Counted from the first letter of the whole stretch, positions 34,166-47,999 are shown. The stretch: DNA of 62,450 bases, filler included, from Dimargaris cristalligena (GCA_003614675.1; 3 parts of 3 records of this genome joined end to end with filler, not necessarily neighbours in it), one strand, 5' to 3'. Notes: generated from the letters alone by a model not told the origin. Made by a program: numbers and translations.

Positions 34166-37004
34166 TTACCCTTCGGCACTGGCATCTAAATCGATATTCC
34201 GGGCGATCCGTCGGATATCCGACACAATCTGATCACCCACATTTTCCGCCTTGCCAGCCGCCACCCGCAGCAGATCGCTAATGACCTGATAATTGCCCAG
34301 GATATCCACATGGTCCGCGGTATCCGAACCCCCCCGGATATCTTTGATCATATGGGTGGGGTTATGCCGGTATTCCCGGGTGACAATCTGGGCGCCGGCG
34401 GGGTTGTAGCGGGGGTCCTTCCAGCCATCCACGCACATGTAGCCCAGAGAAAGAAGGGGCACGGTGCCGTCACCGTCTCCCGTCCGAATGCCCGATTCGG
34501 TTTCCTCGTCCGGGTTATTCATGGAGACATCGATGTAAACTGATGGGAGGGGCGAAAGGGGTGGAGACGATACCGACGGTGTTAAGGCTGCCTGTGTTTC
34601 ATCGTCAAATGGTATATCTGGGTTTATCAGCGAAGCGTCGGGCCCATTTTCATCCGAATCAAGATCGACTTGGAGCGACTCCGGGTGGTGGTGGGTCTCC
34701 CCGTCCGTATAGTAATACCCGCGTTCGGTGGGCTTACCCACTCCGTATAAGCAGTAAATTTTCAAAGTCGGGGCCCGGGGAAGCTGTGATTCCAGGGGGT
34801 TAGACCAAGTATCGGGGCGACTGTGACTATTGGCGGCCAAGGCATCCCTATCCCGCTCCACGCCGAAACTGTACTCGGAGTAGAGCCGGTGCCGGAAATG
34901 CGACGAAGTGGATCGATTGAGCAGCGCAAACGATTCTTCAATAGTGGTGTTATGGAGCTGGTGTTTAGTGGTGGTTGGGAATACCAACATCTGGCCAAAC
35001 GTGGGGGGCCGCGCGGGATTCATGTCCGTCAGTTCCGGTGTACCGTCGGCGAGATTGTCCCCGTAGGGTAGGTCGTCGGGGGCCCACGTCGCATTACCCC
35101 AAATACGATTGCCCCCCTTGGGCAACAGCGAGCCCAGCCCACTCCAACTGCGGAAGAGATCGGCCCGTTCCCGTTTATTGAAGAACCGTTCCAGAATATA
35201 GGAGACCAAGGGCTGGACCGTTTCCCGCTGTTCACCGCTGAGCAGCGATGAGAGCGTCTTGGCCACGCCCAACATGGTACCGCCGATACTGACAAAATTT
35301 TCGACGTGATTCTCGACCCAGTCTTCGGGGGCGTTACCACCCAGTGGGGACTCCACCCACTGCATAAAGTACAGAAACACGTTGGCTCCCATGGAATGGG
35401 CGACCACCACACTGCGGCGGCCCGTGCGTTGCAGGTGAAGCTCCAGGGTGGACTTGAGTTTGGAGAAATACTGGTCCCGCCGCTCTAGGTCGCCGTAGGC
35501 CAGGCGCCAGTCGTAGGCGGCTAAATGCATGTTGTTGTTATCGTAGCCCAAGACCGCGAGGTTTTCGATGATTTTGCCCCATACCCAGTAGCCGGAGATG
35601 AAGTAATCGGCCGCGTCCAGACCCTGCGCCGCCCGGAGTTTGACGCCTGGGGGATCTAGGCCCGTTTCCGGGTCCAGTTTCATATGTTCGCTCCAGCACT
35701 CCTTATCGAGTAAAACCGCCCGAAACATGGCTGATGGTGAGTGAGGAGGGATGATGGAAAAATGATGGTACCCCCCATTTAACGGCAAAAGTAAATGTAG
35801 ACACAATGTTCGATAGTTAGTAGTCGGTATATAATTTTGTCAGCATACAAGGTAATTGTCGGCACTATTTCCGTGCCAGTGTACCAACGCGCATACCATG
35901 TCTGCCGTGGCCGGGGCATTTTACGTGGGATGGATTAATATCCGCGAAATACACTGCTCACTTCAAGTTAAGAAAAACAGTATGCTTACTCAGGGTTCCC
36001 CACATGCGCTGGCGGAAATAGCGCCGGGAGCACTCGGACGTTCCCCAACTTTCCAACCCGGTGGAAATAGTCCCGGGAATCAATACGACGGGGAAATTGG
36101 CGGCCAAATTTTCCGTTTCCACCAGATTCAAGCCCGGCTGGAAATCGCCGATTTTCTGACCTGGTCCGGGCGTATCCATGAAATTCGTGATATTGGCGAA
36201 TATTTCATCGACGGCCAGGTTGGTTGGGAGGAGGGACCGGAAGTCCACATCGGACAGGGTCATGGCCATGTAATCCGAGAGTTGCCCAATATACCGACCG
36301 TGGTCCGTATTGGCCCCGAGGAAAGCCATGGCCAGCCCAATACCCAGGATAATCCCAATGACGAACCAACTGCGTTTCCGCTGGTGCAGGGGGCGGCCGG
36401 CCATTTCCTGTTGTAAGCAGGACTCGTAAAAGACACTTTCGGCCGACAGGTGTCGCTCGAGACCGGGTGGGGTGGGGAGGCGAGTCCGACGATTGAATTT
36501 ACGATGCGAGTCCGGGGTCCAGGGTGAATCCGGCCGGGAGTTGGGGGTGGTGTGACTCGCCAGCGAGGGGGAGGTTGACGCTGCCAGGGGAAACGTGACC
36601 GACCGGGGGGCTGACGTAGGCGTATTCGTATGGGAACTAGTAGGGGAATAGTCGGAAAACTCGCGGTCGAAACTGTCGCCCTCCTCTGCCTCGGTAGGTG
36701 TGACAGGACTCCCGGGGTAGGCGGGAATGGGGGGAGCTAGGGAAGCGGGGCGAGTGGACATGCGGACCTGGCGCGTCCTCGTTTGGGTGACGTGGGCGGT
36801 CAGGGCCGTGGCGGTCGTATGGGCCGCGCCCGAACTCAGGGCGGTGAGCGGAGTTAGACGTGTGGTGGCTAGGCCGTCTCCGAAGAACGACCCGTCGCTG
36901 CTGCTGTCGAATAGCGACCGCGGGTCGATTTCGCCGCTTTGCTCACTGTCGGAGTTGTGGGCGGGTGGTGGGTCCGAGTTGACCGCCTGGGAATGGGTAC
37001 TCAT
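34166..37004 (-). CDS. LRO1: Phospholipid:diacylglycerol acyltransferase (LCAT family), ~859 aa
   Basis: Exons 37004-35990 and 35730-34166. Single TM after RKR; PVVLIPGTISTGLESW, FRQRMWG, GYWVWGKIIENLA, AAYDWRL, AHSMG nucleophile, GDGTVPLLSLGYMC, HVDILG. Confidence 0.94.
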
Positions 37005-37475
37005 GGGGCTTGGGATTAGTTGTTGCTGTTTGGAATGGGGTTCGTGGTTGGACCTTAGGCGCTCATTTATGGGAAGGTTGGTATGGCTTTACCAATTGGG
37101 GGGATTCGCGAAGGGACAAGTAGAAGGAACAGGCCAAATGGGGCGAAACACAAGGAGGTTGACTTGAAAGAGAAGGTGAGAGAAAAAAAAACAAGACTTG
37201 GCGGTTGGTGTAGCAAAAGTTGAAGCAAAGGGACGGGACTAAACGTCGTAGACTGGAGTAGTAGTGGGCTTAGTCTTCATGGCTGAGCAGCCAAATGATG
37301 GATGCTTTGATCTGGGCTGTTTTCTGCTCAGGTCAGGGGGGCCGTCATTAGATCCATCGATACGGGTGGTCGAAGGGGGATGGGATACGATGGCCTCGGT
37401 CGAACGGGTGCGTAATAGAGTAGTAGTGACCTACCTTGCCATGTAGCCAGCACACAGGTGTATTACAATAACAAC

Positions 37476-37479
<4 letters not shown>

Positions 37480-37507
<28 letters not shown>
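37480..37507. repeat. (AT)n microsatellite upstream of LRO1
   Basis: Perfect AT run. Confidence 0.95.
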
Positions 37508-37514
<7 letters not shown>

Positions 37515-38074
37515 AATGCATCTCTCCCGTGTTTCCTCTTTGGGACGAGTTCCCTAAACACCGGGTCAACCCATTTATACACCCAACAGTATGGTGACGT
37601 CGCGTTCAACATCCGCCAGCCCCATTCACGTGCCAATCAGAGTACCAAAAGTCATCTGAGCCTTTACAGTAGAGACAGACCCAGTCACCCCAGCCAAAAG
37701 CAGACTGCAAACCCCTAATGGCATCTCCTGTGGCATATGTAAAGGGGGTTATAATTCAGTCTGTCAGCACTTGTGCGGTACATGTTAGCGCGGGATGCAT
37801 GGAAAGACAGATACGGTAGCAGTTGGCCATCGGAATAATAGATACTGCTAAGAACGAAGTGGCTGTAATTCAACCCGTTCCAAATCAAAGGTTGGAGTAG
37901 CGTTGCTGGGATACATCACTCCGCCCATGCCCATCAATGGGATTCCCAACATAGTCACATTTAATGAATGACCATTCCATTTTCAGATTCTTGAACTATA
38001 GTTTTATTCCCATAAATCCGAAAAACAGACCCCCCCGGGAACTAGGTGTATTTACAGCTTAGGGGTCGACTTGC

Positions 38075-40262
38075 TCAAAGAGCATCAACTGGCGCCAGAA
38101 TGGCCGGCGTGGTTGGCTGAGGTCGACTACGGATCCCGTAGAAGTTGCGGAGGTGGTTCAGAATTGCGGACGTCGTGCTCAGAACATTAAATGTCTTGCG
38201 CTCTAAGATGGGAAGGCACACCAACAAACTTGATTGTATTTGCAGTTAGCTGATGATAATGAGCGTTGTCCAGACTATGTGTATTTCCGGTATTATTACA
38301 AGAATAGTACCTATTTGATGTGTACATGTAATGTTTATGTGCATAGGGGTGGTACCCTGGTCCTATAATTACCTGTGTTATGCATAACGTTCTCAAACAT
38401 GAACATCAGGTGGTGGTGAAAGAGGTACGTGTTGGTTCCTAGACTCATGGCAATATCAGTGTAGTCCTATAATTACGATACAAGGTAAACATACAAGCAG
38501 AAAGCACAATCATATCAGTTTGCATTGGTTTTACAGTTACAGAGTTCGGTCCTCTAGTAATATACTACGACTCCGGCAATTGCTAATCAAATTTAGGTAT
38601 AGCTATTACCTGGATGCATTCCAAAGGAGTATGATCATATCCGCTAAATAGGGCCGGGTTTCTAAGTAGCCCACGGGAGGCCATAACCCCTATTCAGTGA
38701 GCGCAATGGACGGAGAAATGTGTCACGAAGAATGTGCGATGGGGTTAGTAATGCGAAGGGAATTGCGGCAAAGAAAACCATCAAAAAACCAGGTACGCTT
38801 ATTCCTTGGCTAATGCCTCCGTTTTATCGCAATATAGATTAAATATACATATGTATATAAGGTTATGCTGCAACGTATTTCCTTTCAATTCCTGGCGGAT
38901 ACGCCCATGTCCAGTGTTGACCAACTTACCATCTACTCCCGTATAATTGAACATATGCGTAGCATCTTGTTGCGTAAAAATGTTACCATTGCCAATTACG
39001 GGAACCGAGGCCACCTCTTTACCGAACTTAATGGCGTCCAAGTCCACAGGCTCCGTGGACTTTTGTTGCCGAGTTCGGCCGTGGATGGCAATCCAGTCGA
39101 CCCCCACCGATTCGGCGCGTTTAATAAATTCATGGGTTTGCCTGTGTGGTAATCAAAAACAGCCCACCCCCATACCAACATGTGCGCGCGTGTGTGTGTG
39201 ACAAATACACCAGGGTTAATATACACGTATTGGTAGATTCTCCCATAGGATTCTGGAGCATTCGGCCATTTGCGAGTAGAAAGGCTAAAATTAAACACGC
39301 CAACTTACCGTAAGTCCTTATGTACGCGAATTTTAATGGAGCACGGTTTGCCGGTCCGTGCCTTACACATGCGTACCATGTCCCGCACCAATTCGGGTTG
39401 TTCCATCAAGTAGGATCCGATGCGCTCCGAGTAGGCCCATTTTTGGGGACACCCGCAGTTAATATCGAATCCATCCACCCAGGGGGACACTAGTTCGGCG
39501 GCATCGGCGAGATGCACGCCATCGTTGGCCGCGAACTGTACAATGAGCGGGGACTCGCGGGGATGAGTGGTGAATTCGCAGACCCGGGAGTGCTCCGATC
39601 GACGAAACACGTCGGCCAGAATCATGGGGGTATAGACTAGGTCCACATTATATCTGGGGAATGATCGGGGGATGATAAATACAAAAAGAAGAGGAATCGA
39701 GATTGAATGAGCCTTGCGGTTCTTGAAAAACCAGAGAATTCCTATTGGTACTATAGGTGGCGGTAGATGGCCTGACTTAGACGGGGTTTATATTTGAATA
39801 CGGTTCTTCCAACTAGATAGACTATGTGGCTTACCTCCGCACAAGTTCCCGGAACGGCAGCTTAGAGTACCGCACCATGGGTGCGCAGACATTGATGCGC
39901 GGCTTTTCATTAAACAGGTCCAAGATTGATTTGCGCTCGATCCCTGGTATATTAATTTTTTCAGGCAGTCAAAGAGGCATATGGTTAATAAGCTAGGTGG
40001 TTACTACTATAGTCTGGGCTGTAGAGGACCAGCCGGCTTGGCTAATGGAAAACCATATATCCCCCCAAACAAAGGGAGCAGGGAATCCGACAGCATCTGG
40101 GCCTCCCCATCTGGTTGGCCATGGTTGGTGGTGGCGAAGGCGCCCATGTCGTTTGGAATGTAGTTCGCTAGAGGAATGCCGATCCCCGGACAATGGCATG
40201 TTCAACTTACCATGAGAAGCACCAAAGTCAGAGGGGCCGTCTGCCAAATAATGCGCCGGCAT
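38075..40262 (-). CDS. DUS4: tRNA-dihydrouridine synthase, DUS4-type (multi-exon)
   Basis: Spliced model from ATG 40262 to TGA 38077-38075 with canonical introns. APMVRYSKLPFR, YTPMILA, PLIVQFAAN, DINCGCPQ.WA, KIRVH, IHGRT, GNGNI, GVMASRGLLENPALF, FHHHL. Confidence 0.9.
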
Positions 40263-40703
40263 GTTGTCGAATTTAAAATAGCGAAAGGGCAAAAAAAAAG
40301 GAAAACAGGTCAAAGCGAAGCTGCAATATATCGGGTATGTTGCCTTGGGCTATATTAGGAGCAAAGTGTTTTGAGACGCAATGGAGGAGGAGAAGGGGAA
40401 TCTCTCTTTCTTGTACCACGCAGTGGGTTACCGTTGCCCCACTTCTCTATAAAACCCGCCTAAACTTATGTATTAGAATTTATTGGGATATTTCTCAAAT
40501 ATACACCACCTTCAACTAAGTGGTTCAGGACAAAAAGAGTGCGACTATATAATAGCCATAAGTTTGTGTGACTAATACCGCTCGGTTTGGGTCGAAACTC
40601 GAGGCATATATTATTCAAAAATATATATAACTGTTATTATAGGACATCATTATTTTTTACTAGCAGCAGCTAATTCACCAATCGAGTTTTTTATGATATT
40701 CTG

Positions 40704-41150
40704 TTGGATTGGACCTCTCTCATGCAATTCGGATATAAAGCCAATGGCCAATTGGAAAGTATAAGCGACATTCTTCCTCCCCCTATTTATTACCACGAAA
40801 TACAGGTATTTGACACTTACCTTTCTCAAGTCCAAATGATGCCAGTGTATCTTTGGCGAACACACAATATAGAATCTGTCTTTGATTATGGTCCGATTTA
40901 TAAACCCAAGGCTATAGATGTGGCCAGGCTGTTTGCATCGGCAATTAAAGCCCCATACCGTAAGGTAAAAGGTGATTACTTTGAGGATTCGGCTAGAATC
41001 TATTGACCGAAGCCAGTTTATGATTTCCGGAGAGGTCAGGTTGATTATAATTCCCAAGGGATGGCCCTTCGCCGTTTCTCCCTGCAAGGCCACTATTTCA
41101 TTTGATTTGATCTGAATTAGTACCTGATAAATATCCATATCACCAAAGCT
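40704..41150 (+). pseudogene. Possible decayed NmrA-like NAD(P)-binding gene fragment
   Basis: ORF segment ...YLWRTHNIE...AIDVARLFASAIKAPY... and, in another frame, YDFRRGQVDY loosely resemble NmrA C-terminal elements. Recognised by eye only. Confidence 0.2.
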
Positions 41151-41621
41151 TCGTTGAACTTATGGCTGTTGGGATTGGCCCTTGTACCTCTGTCTAGTCA
41201 ATCAAATGTTTGCTTATGAAAGGTCTCAGTGCACAGATCCAGGCTCGGCCCAGCGATTAAACAAGACCTTTCCACTCCCAGGTAATCTAATTCTACCACG
41301 ACTGTTGTGGATGAATGTAGACTACGTAGAAGGGAAACCACACCTTCCGTGAATTTATCTATCATTCAAGATTAACATTTCGTCCATCATTGGACGCACC
41401 CACAATCCATATTGTTAGCAATCCACGTCTAAACCTGACTCCACCGCCTATAAAAGCCCAGTTAAACGCCCCCTATTATTTCTTCAGTCCAACATCAACC
41501 ATTACATTACCACCTCTGCCTCGTCTTACATTTGCAGGCCCTTCTTCCATTCTCTAAACACTTTTTGCCAAGTCATATCTAAATACACGCATCCCCACGC
41601 CCACCCTCATCTATCAATATC

Positions 41622-41711
41622 ATGGCCTGCCTCCGCTCCAACAAAATTACCCTCTGTGTCACCTCCTGCGACCAGTGGATCGGGTTCAGCTTCTGCTACG
41701 GACTGTTGCAC
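41622..41711 (+). CDS. 5' end of a gene truncated by the contig end (possibly NmrA/Rossmann-like)
   Basis: TATAAAAG near 41448, C-rich leader, ATG in ATCATGG context, strong C-ending codon bias: MACLRSNKITLCVTSCDQWIGFSFCYGLLH. Confidence 0.5.
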
Positions 41712-41811
41712 NNNNNNNNNNNNNNNNNNNNNNNNNNNNNNNNNNNNNNNNNNNNTTAATTAATTAANNNNNNNNNNNNNNNNNNNNNNNNNNNNNNNNN
41801 NNNNNNNNNNN
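41712..41811. other. Artificial contig spacer (N44-TTAATTAATTAA-N44)
   Basis: Identical to 20862-20961. Confidence 0.97.
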
Positions 41812-42304
41812 TTATAAAGCTGATGGGTACTAATTTGACCGTCTATTTCAACTTGGACTGCATTACTAAATTGTCTTGCCAACACTTCGACCGAGTATTT
41901 TCCGGTTTGGCCGAACTTGGGTAATCTTCCGGAAACTCCGTGAAATTAACTCTCAAGCAAGTATGCTCCTCAGTACCCATACAATCATAGGTCTTCCGGA
42001 TGGAATGGCTAGTGTACTTGGCCTATCCCTGGGGGAGAGTCAGCTTTCAATAGTGTTTAATGTAAATGGGAGGGGGAGGCGGGGTATAACCAGACGATGG
42101 GCCTGCAATGTCAGATAAACGAGAAACCGCCACCAATGACGCCAGCCCTATTTTTAGGTTGATGGAGGATAAATTAAGACGGGTTAATCAATAAAGGCCC
42201 CTAGGACGCAATTTAGACAACCATTAGGCGGTTTGCGCAGAAAGGGAACCCTAAGAGATACCGCGGGATGAGGCAAAGGGGGCGGGGGGAGGGCTATTAG
42301 CGGG

Positions 42305-43787
<1,483 letters not shown>

Positions 43788-44180
43788 GGTGGTGGTTGTA
43801 GATTGAGGGGGGATAATGATAATACTACGAATATGAATACTAATAAATAGGAGTAAAAGTGTACAGTAACACGCGAGCAAAAAGGAGATTGGTCCAGAAA
43901 GTGGTAGGACCGGGGGGTGGTTAGGCAGCCATATAAAAAAAGTGGAGAGGGAGGAATGCAAAAAGGAAATCCCATGAGGAGAGAATGCCCAGCCAGCTTG
44001 GCTGCGACGTTGGCAGGGCCTATCAGCACTATGCAAAAAAAAAACGAGTCTGTGCTGCTGCTAGTTTCCCAGGTTGTACAGTCTGTTATTCGAGAGTGCT
44101 ATTGTTTGGCGCGGGCTAGATTATTCTTTTGAAATACCCAGAATAATCCATACTGGATAATACGATTATTATGGGGAGAT

Positions 44181-44183
<3 letters not shown>

Positions 44184-44213
<30 letters not shown>
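44184..44213. repeat. (AT)n microsatellite in the divergent promoter between SKY1 and the 44561 ORF
   Basis: Perfect AT run of 30 nt. Confidence 0.95.
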
Positions 44214-44217
<4 letters not shown>

Positions 44218-44560
44218 ATTTATATATAACGCATATATGTACGAACGGGGGTTATTGCCCACTAGTCTTTCTTGATAGCGCCATCCGCAGCCCCTCTGGC
44301 AGGTTCGGTGGCATGCGTATAAGGGGTACGCACTATATAATAGTAAGCCCAGCCGCCCGCCGAGCTGTTACTCACTCATACCAGATGCCAAGCCCTTCTT
44401 CTCCCACCACCTATAAATATTCGGCCGTTCTATTCCTATTACTATTGTACTGTATTGTATTGTATCGCGTTATATTATATATATTGCCCGAACTTCGGGC
44501 TCCGGCCTACCCCACCCTTCAACCTGTACCTTCCAACCGCCCGCCATATACTCTCCGACC

Positions 44561-46252
44561 ATGGTCATCGACCAGACCGCCTCGCCTTGGTCAACGACCT
44601 CGCTGGGTCTCGCTCTCTTCCTTATTCTCTACCTTACCGCCCTCTCCGACTACGACCGAAACTGGCGTATCAAATGGGCTGCTACGCCGACCCCAAGGCA
44701 TACGCTCCCCTCTACCCTCCCCAAGATTCCCCTGCCGCTTCTCCTACCCTTCATTCCCCTGCCCGTTGCCATCGCCTTGGCCAAATTCCTATGGCGCCTA
44801 TTTCGCTTCTTCTCTTTCATTTCGGTCGATTGGTTCCGCGCCGTATCCCGGAGCGGCGTCCAATGGCTAGGGGTGGGCTTGACCTACCTCGTTCAGTTTA
44901 CCATTTGGACCTACCGAGTCGTACTGGGCCAAATCGTCCGCCTGTGGCTCATGCGCACCATTGAGACCACCGCGATCTGGCTTTACTACACTGGTGGACC
45001 ACAAGTCGTCTACTATTCCCGCACCGCGAGGCAGTCGGTCCGCCACTTCGCCCTTGCCGCCTGGCCCCACGTCACCCGGACCGCCGTGAACGTGATCGAA
45101 ATGCAAATGACTCTGTATAAAACGGTCCTCCGACCTACCGCCTCCGCCTTGATTCGCACCGGGACTTTGGTGGGCCAACACCTGACCCGTCTAGCCCACA
45201 TTGCCATCTACTGCGCTCGTGCCGTGCTCTTCACCATCTACCATGACATCCACTCTATCATTGCCTTTGGCCAGCTAGTTGCCGCATGGGTTAGCTGTGC
45301 TGTGATACAACCTTTAACGGCCCTCGTCGTTCCGCGGGCCCAACAGCTGCGGCACTGGGTCTTAACCTGGGCCTACCCTCGCCTTAGCGCGATGGCCAGC
45401 CATTTTGTACAACTCTTGCGCCTCGCCTTCCACCGGAGTCACGATATTCTATTTTTAACCACACAGCGCCTGGGTGTACTCTACCAAACCATTTGGGCCT
45501 GCTGCCAACCTTGGTTAATCCAGCTTTCCTTGGCAATGCAGGGGATCCAGACCCAACTGGGACAGGTGCTGGTTGCCATTGGCCTCCATTTCCATTACGG
45601 GTATGGCCGACTGCATCGGGCCTGGTCGCAGCTCCTCGACCAGGTGACAGCCGGGATTGTGGCTATTCATCCTTACTATATGTACACCGTGTTTATCATC
45701 CGATCATACGTATGGGTAACGTGGGCGTATCTGGACCAATACATCTGGGAGCCCGCCCAGCGGTATTTAGTACCGGGTCTCGTCTATGCCTTGGTCATCG
45801 TCCACGCCTGGGGACAGTATCTGGTACAGCTAATTTGGCCCAGTCTGCTCTGGGCTGGTGCCGCTGCTCAACGGATGCTATCGACTGCCACCGATACTCT
45901 GTCAATAGCCATTAGTTTCGTCGTCGTATCCATAGTCCGCCTCCAGACTCTCCTCGCACCCATCACCGAGTGGGCCTTTAACTTACTATGGGCGGCATTC
46001 TGCTTGGCTCAGAATTGGTGGACCCAGACCGGCCAGCCTTGGGTCCAGGCCAGTTGGGCCTACATTGAAACCACTGTGGTGGCTATTGGCGGTATGGTTG
46101 GAAACCAAGCCACTGTCCTATGGTGCCAGTATGAGCCACTCCTAGTAGCTTTCCAACAACAGCTCCTGGTCGCCTTGGACCAATTTTCCCAAGCCCTGGG
46201 TAACACCATGCTCGAGTGGTCTAAGGATACCCTTGCCACTCCGTCCGGCTAA
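44561..46252 (+). CDS. Uncharacterised hydrophobic Trp/Gln-rich membrane or lipid-associated protein, 563 aa
   Basis: Long intronless ORF, ACCATGG start, N-terminal hydrophobic segments, very few acidic residues. Confidence 0.7.
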   Translation: MVIDQTASPWSTTSLGLALFLILYLTALSDYDRNWRIKWAATPTPRHTLPSTLPKIPLPLLLPFIPLPVAIALAKFLWRLFRFFSFISVDWFRAVSRSGVQWLGVGLTYLVQFTIWTYRVVLGQIVRLWLMRTIETTAIWLYYTGGPQVVYYSRTARQSVRHFALAAWPHVTRTAVNVIEMQMTLYKTVLRPTASALIRTGTLVGQHLTRLAHIAIYCARAVLFTIYHDIHSIIAFGQLVAAWVSCAVIQPLTALVVPRAQQLRHWVLTWAYPRLSAMASHFVQLLRLAFHRSHDILFLTTQRLGVLYQTIWACCQPWLIQLSLAMQGIQTQLGQVLVAIGLHFHYGYGRLHRAWSQLLDQVTAGIVAIHPYYMYTVFIIRSYVWVTWAYLDQYIWEPAQRYLVPGLVYALVIVHAWGQYLVQLIWPSLLWAGAAAQRMLSTATDTLSIAISFVVVSIVRLQTLLAPITEWAFNLLWAAFCLAQNWWTQTGQPWVQASWAYIETTVVAIGGMVGNQATVLWCQYEPLLVAFQQQLLVALDQFSQALGNTMLEWSKDTLATPSG

Positions 46253-46673
46253 GTCGGGGTCCGGTATGGTAGCGGATATATTTTAATACACTACCAAACC
46301 ACCCCCAACGCTGCCTCATCCATTAATTATTTTGTTCAAAAGCGAAAATTGGCTTCGTATAACCGCATTTTTTTATGTACCATATGGCATATGCTTCTTC
46401 TTAGCGGACTCGATTTTTTCAGAAATCCCGTCCATCCCCGCATTATTAGGCTGTATTGAGCCAGGTTGAGGGTGTACCTATTGTAATAGGCGCTCCCCTA
46501 TTTGATATAAATAAATTTCTGTACATTTACAGTTGGTTAGTTTATTTGACAACCCCCGGAATCGAGGGTTTAGAAAATGGATACGTAAAAACGCAGGTGA
46601 TGTGCTACAGGCAATGCTAACTCACGGTTGATAAATAAAAACAATAGTGTAGATGGTTGGAATGGACGTCGCT

Positions 46674-47999
46674 TTATACAACGGCCTCAATAGCTTTAAG
46701 GGCCACAAGGTAGTCGGAATAAATGGGGTCCTCGGCGTATTTGGATTTTTCAGCTTGGACCACATCCTTAAGGCCTAGGAAAGGACAGGGGGTGCGCATA
46801 TCAGCGTAGCTCGAGTCACAGCGGAGACTACAGGATTTAGGGAACATGTACTTGACGTTGGTGATACCCCGCACTAGAGTGGACTTCCAGTCGACATCAT
46901 TGGCACCCAGACCCTGCTGGGCGGCCAGCAGACTGGACCCCATGTTCCAGCACCAGTGGTGCATATCGTGGCGCGTGCCCGCCGTGTCGTCAATCTGAGC
47001 CGGCGCACTAACCATCTGGGGATTGAACATGTCGCTGATCAACGTGGCGCACCGTCTCTGAAGGCTCACATCGGGAGTGGTATCGTAGAGCTGGGCCAAA
47101 ATGTGAATACCGGCGTGGTTGGTGAATAGCTCGATGGCCAGAGGGTCCCCGCGCACTAGGGTGGATAGGGCGTAGACCAGTCGGTTGAGCACGGCGGGGG
47201 CCGACTCGGCCTGAATGCGGTTCACCAATTCGTCCAACATTCCCTGTTCGAGCGCCCGGTGCTTGGCCACGGGATTGTTCTGGAAAGCATTCCCCAACAC
47301 CAGTGCGGCCAGTTTGGTCACTTTAGAGGAGTGCTGGCTATCCATCAACTGCATCATGGACCGAAACCCGTCCCGGCGGGCAAAGGTTTCACCAAACTCC
47401 GTCTCTGCCACCAGTTCGGCCAATCGATCGAGGGATAGAAGAAGGCTCTTGGGGGTTTCGGACGCGATCTTCCTCGTGGCCTCGGTGAGAACGGACTGGA
47501 GGTGTTCATCAAACTCCGCCCGAACGGCGGTCGAGAGGCCGGGGTTGGGTTTGCTGGGCGGGGGTGGAGAAGGTAGGCTAGACCGTTCGGGTACGGCAAT
47601 GGCAACGGCGTTTTCGTTACTGTGTTCCTGGGGGTCCACGAACTTGGCTAATTTGACGTGAGTATCCATGTCAATCTTGATGTGGAGTCCCTTGGGGACT
47701 TGTTGCCCCTCGCGGATGGGCTGGAACTCGTGGGTAGGCACAAACACCTTGGGGTAGCAGTCCTCCAGCCCATTAACAACGCGGCAAATTAAGTCGTCCG
47801 CCACGGGTGCCACTGGTGGACGGACTGGAGGGGTCAGGGGTCTGAGTCGCTCCTGGCGAAGGTGCTGCAAGAGGTCCCAATAGGACCAACCGAGCCATAT
47901 GCCAATGGCGCAAATGGCGGCTAGGAACATCAGGATGACGGGCCGCCGGCGGCTCGGGCGGCGCTCAGTATTGTTGGGGATGGCAACGTAGTCGTGCAT
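46674..47999 (-). CDS. SIL1: ER Hsp70 (BiP) nucleotide-exchange factor Sil1-like
   Basis: ICR......DCYPKVFVPTHEFQPIREGQQVPKGLHIKIDM...KLAK (Sil1 N-terminal motif), followed by ARM-like LVLGNAFQNNP and LVYALSTLVRG. Confidence 0.85.
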   Translation of the reverse strand: MHDYVAIPNNTERRPSRRRPVILMFLAAICAIGIWLGWSYWDLLQHLRQERLRPLTPPVRPPVAPVADDLICRVVNGLEDCYPKVFVPTHEFQPIREGQQVPKGLHIKIDMDTHVKLAKFVDPQEHSNENAVAIAVPERSSLPSPPPPSKPNPGLSTAVRAEFDEHLQSVLTEATRKIASETPKSLLLSLDRLAELVAETEFGETFARRDGFRSMMQLMDSQHSSKVTKLAALVLGNAFQNNPVAKHRALEQGMLDELVNRIQAESAPAVLNRLVYALSTLVRGDPLAIELFTNHAGIHILAQLYDTTPDVSLQRRCATLISDMFNPQMVSAPAQIDDTAGTRHDMHHWCWNMGSSLLAAQQGLGANDVDWKSTLVRGITNVKYMFPKSCSLRCDSSYADMRTPCPFLGLKDVVQAEKSKYAEDPIYSDYLVALKAIEAVV

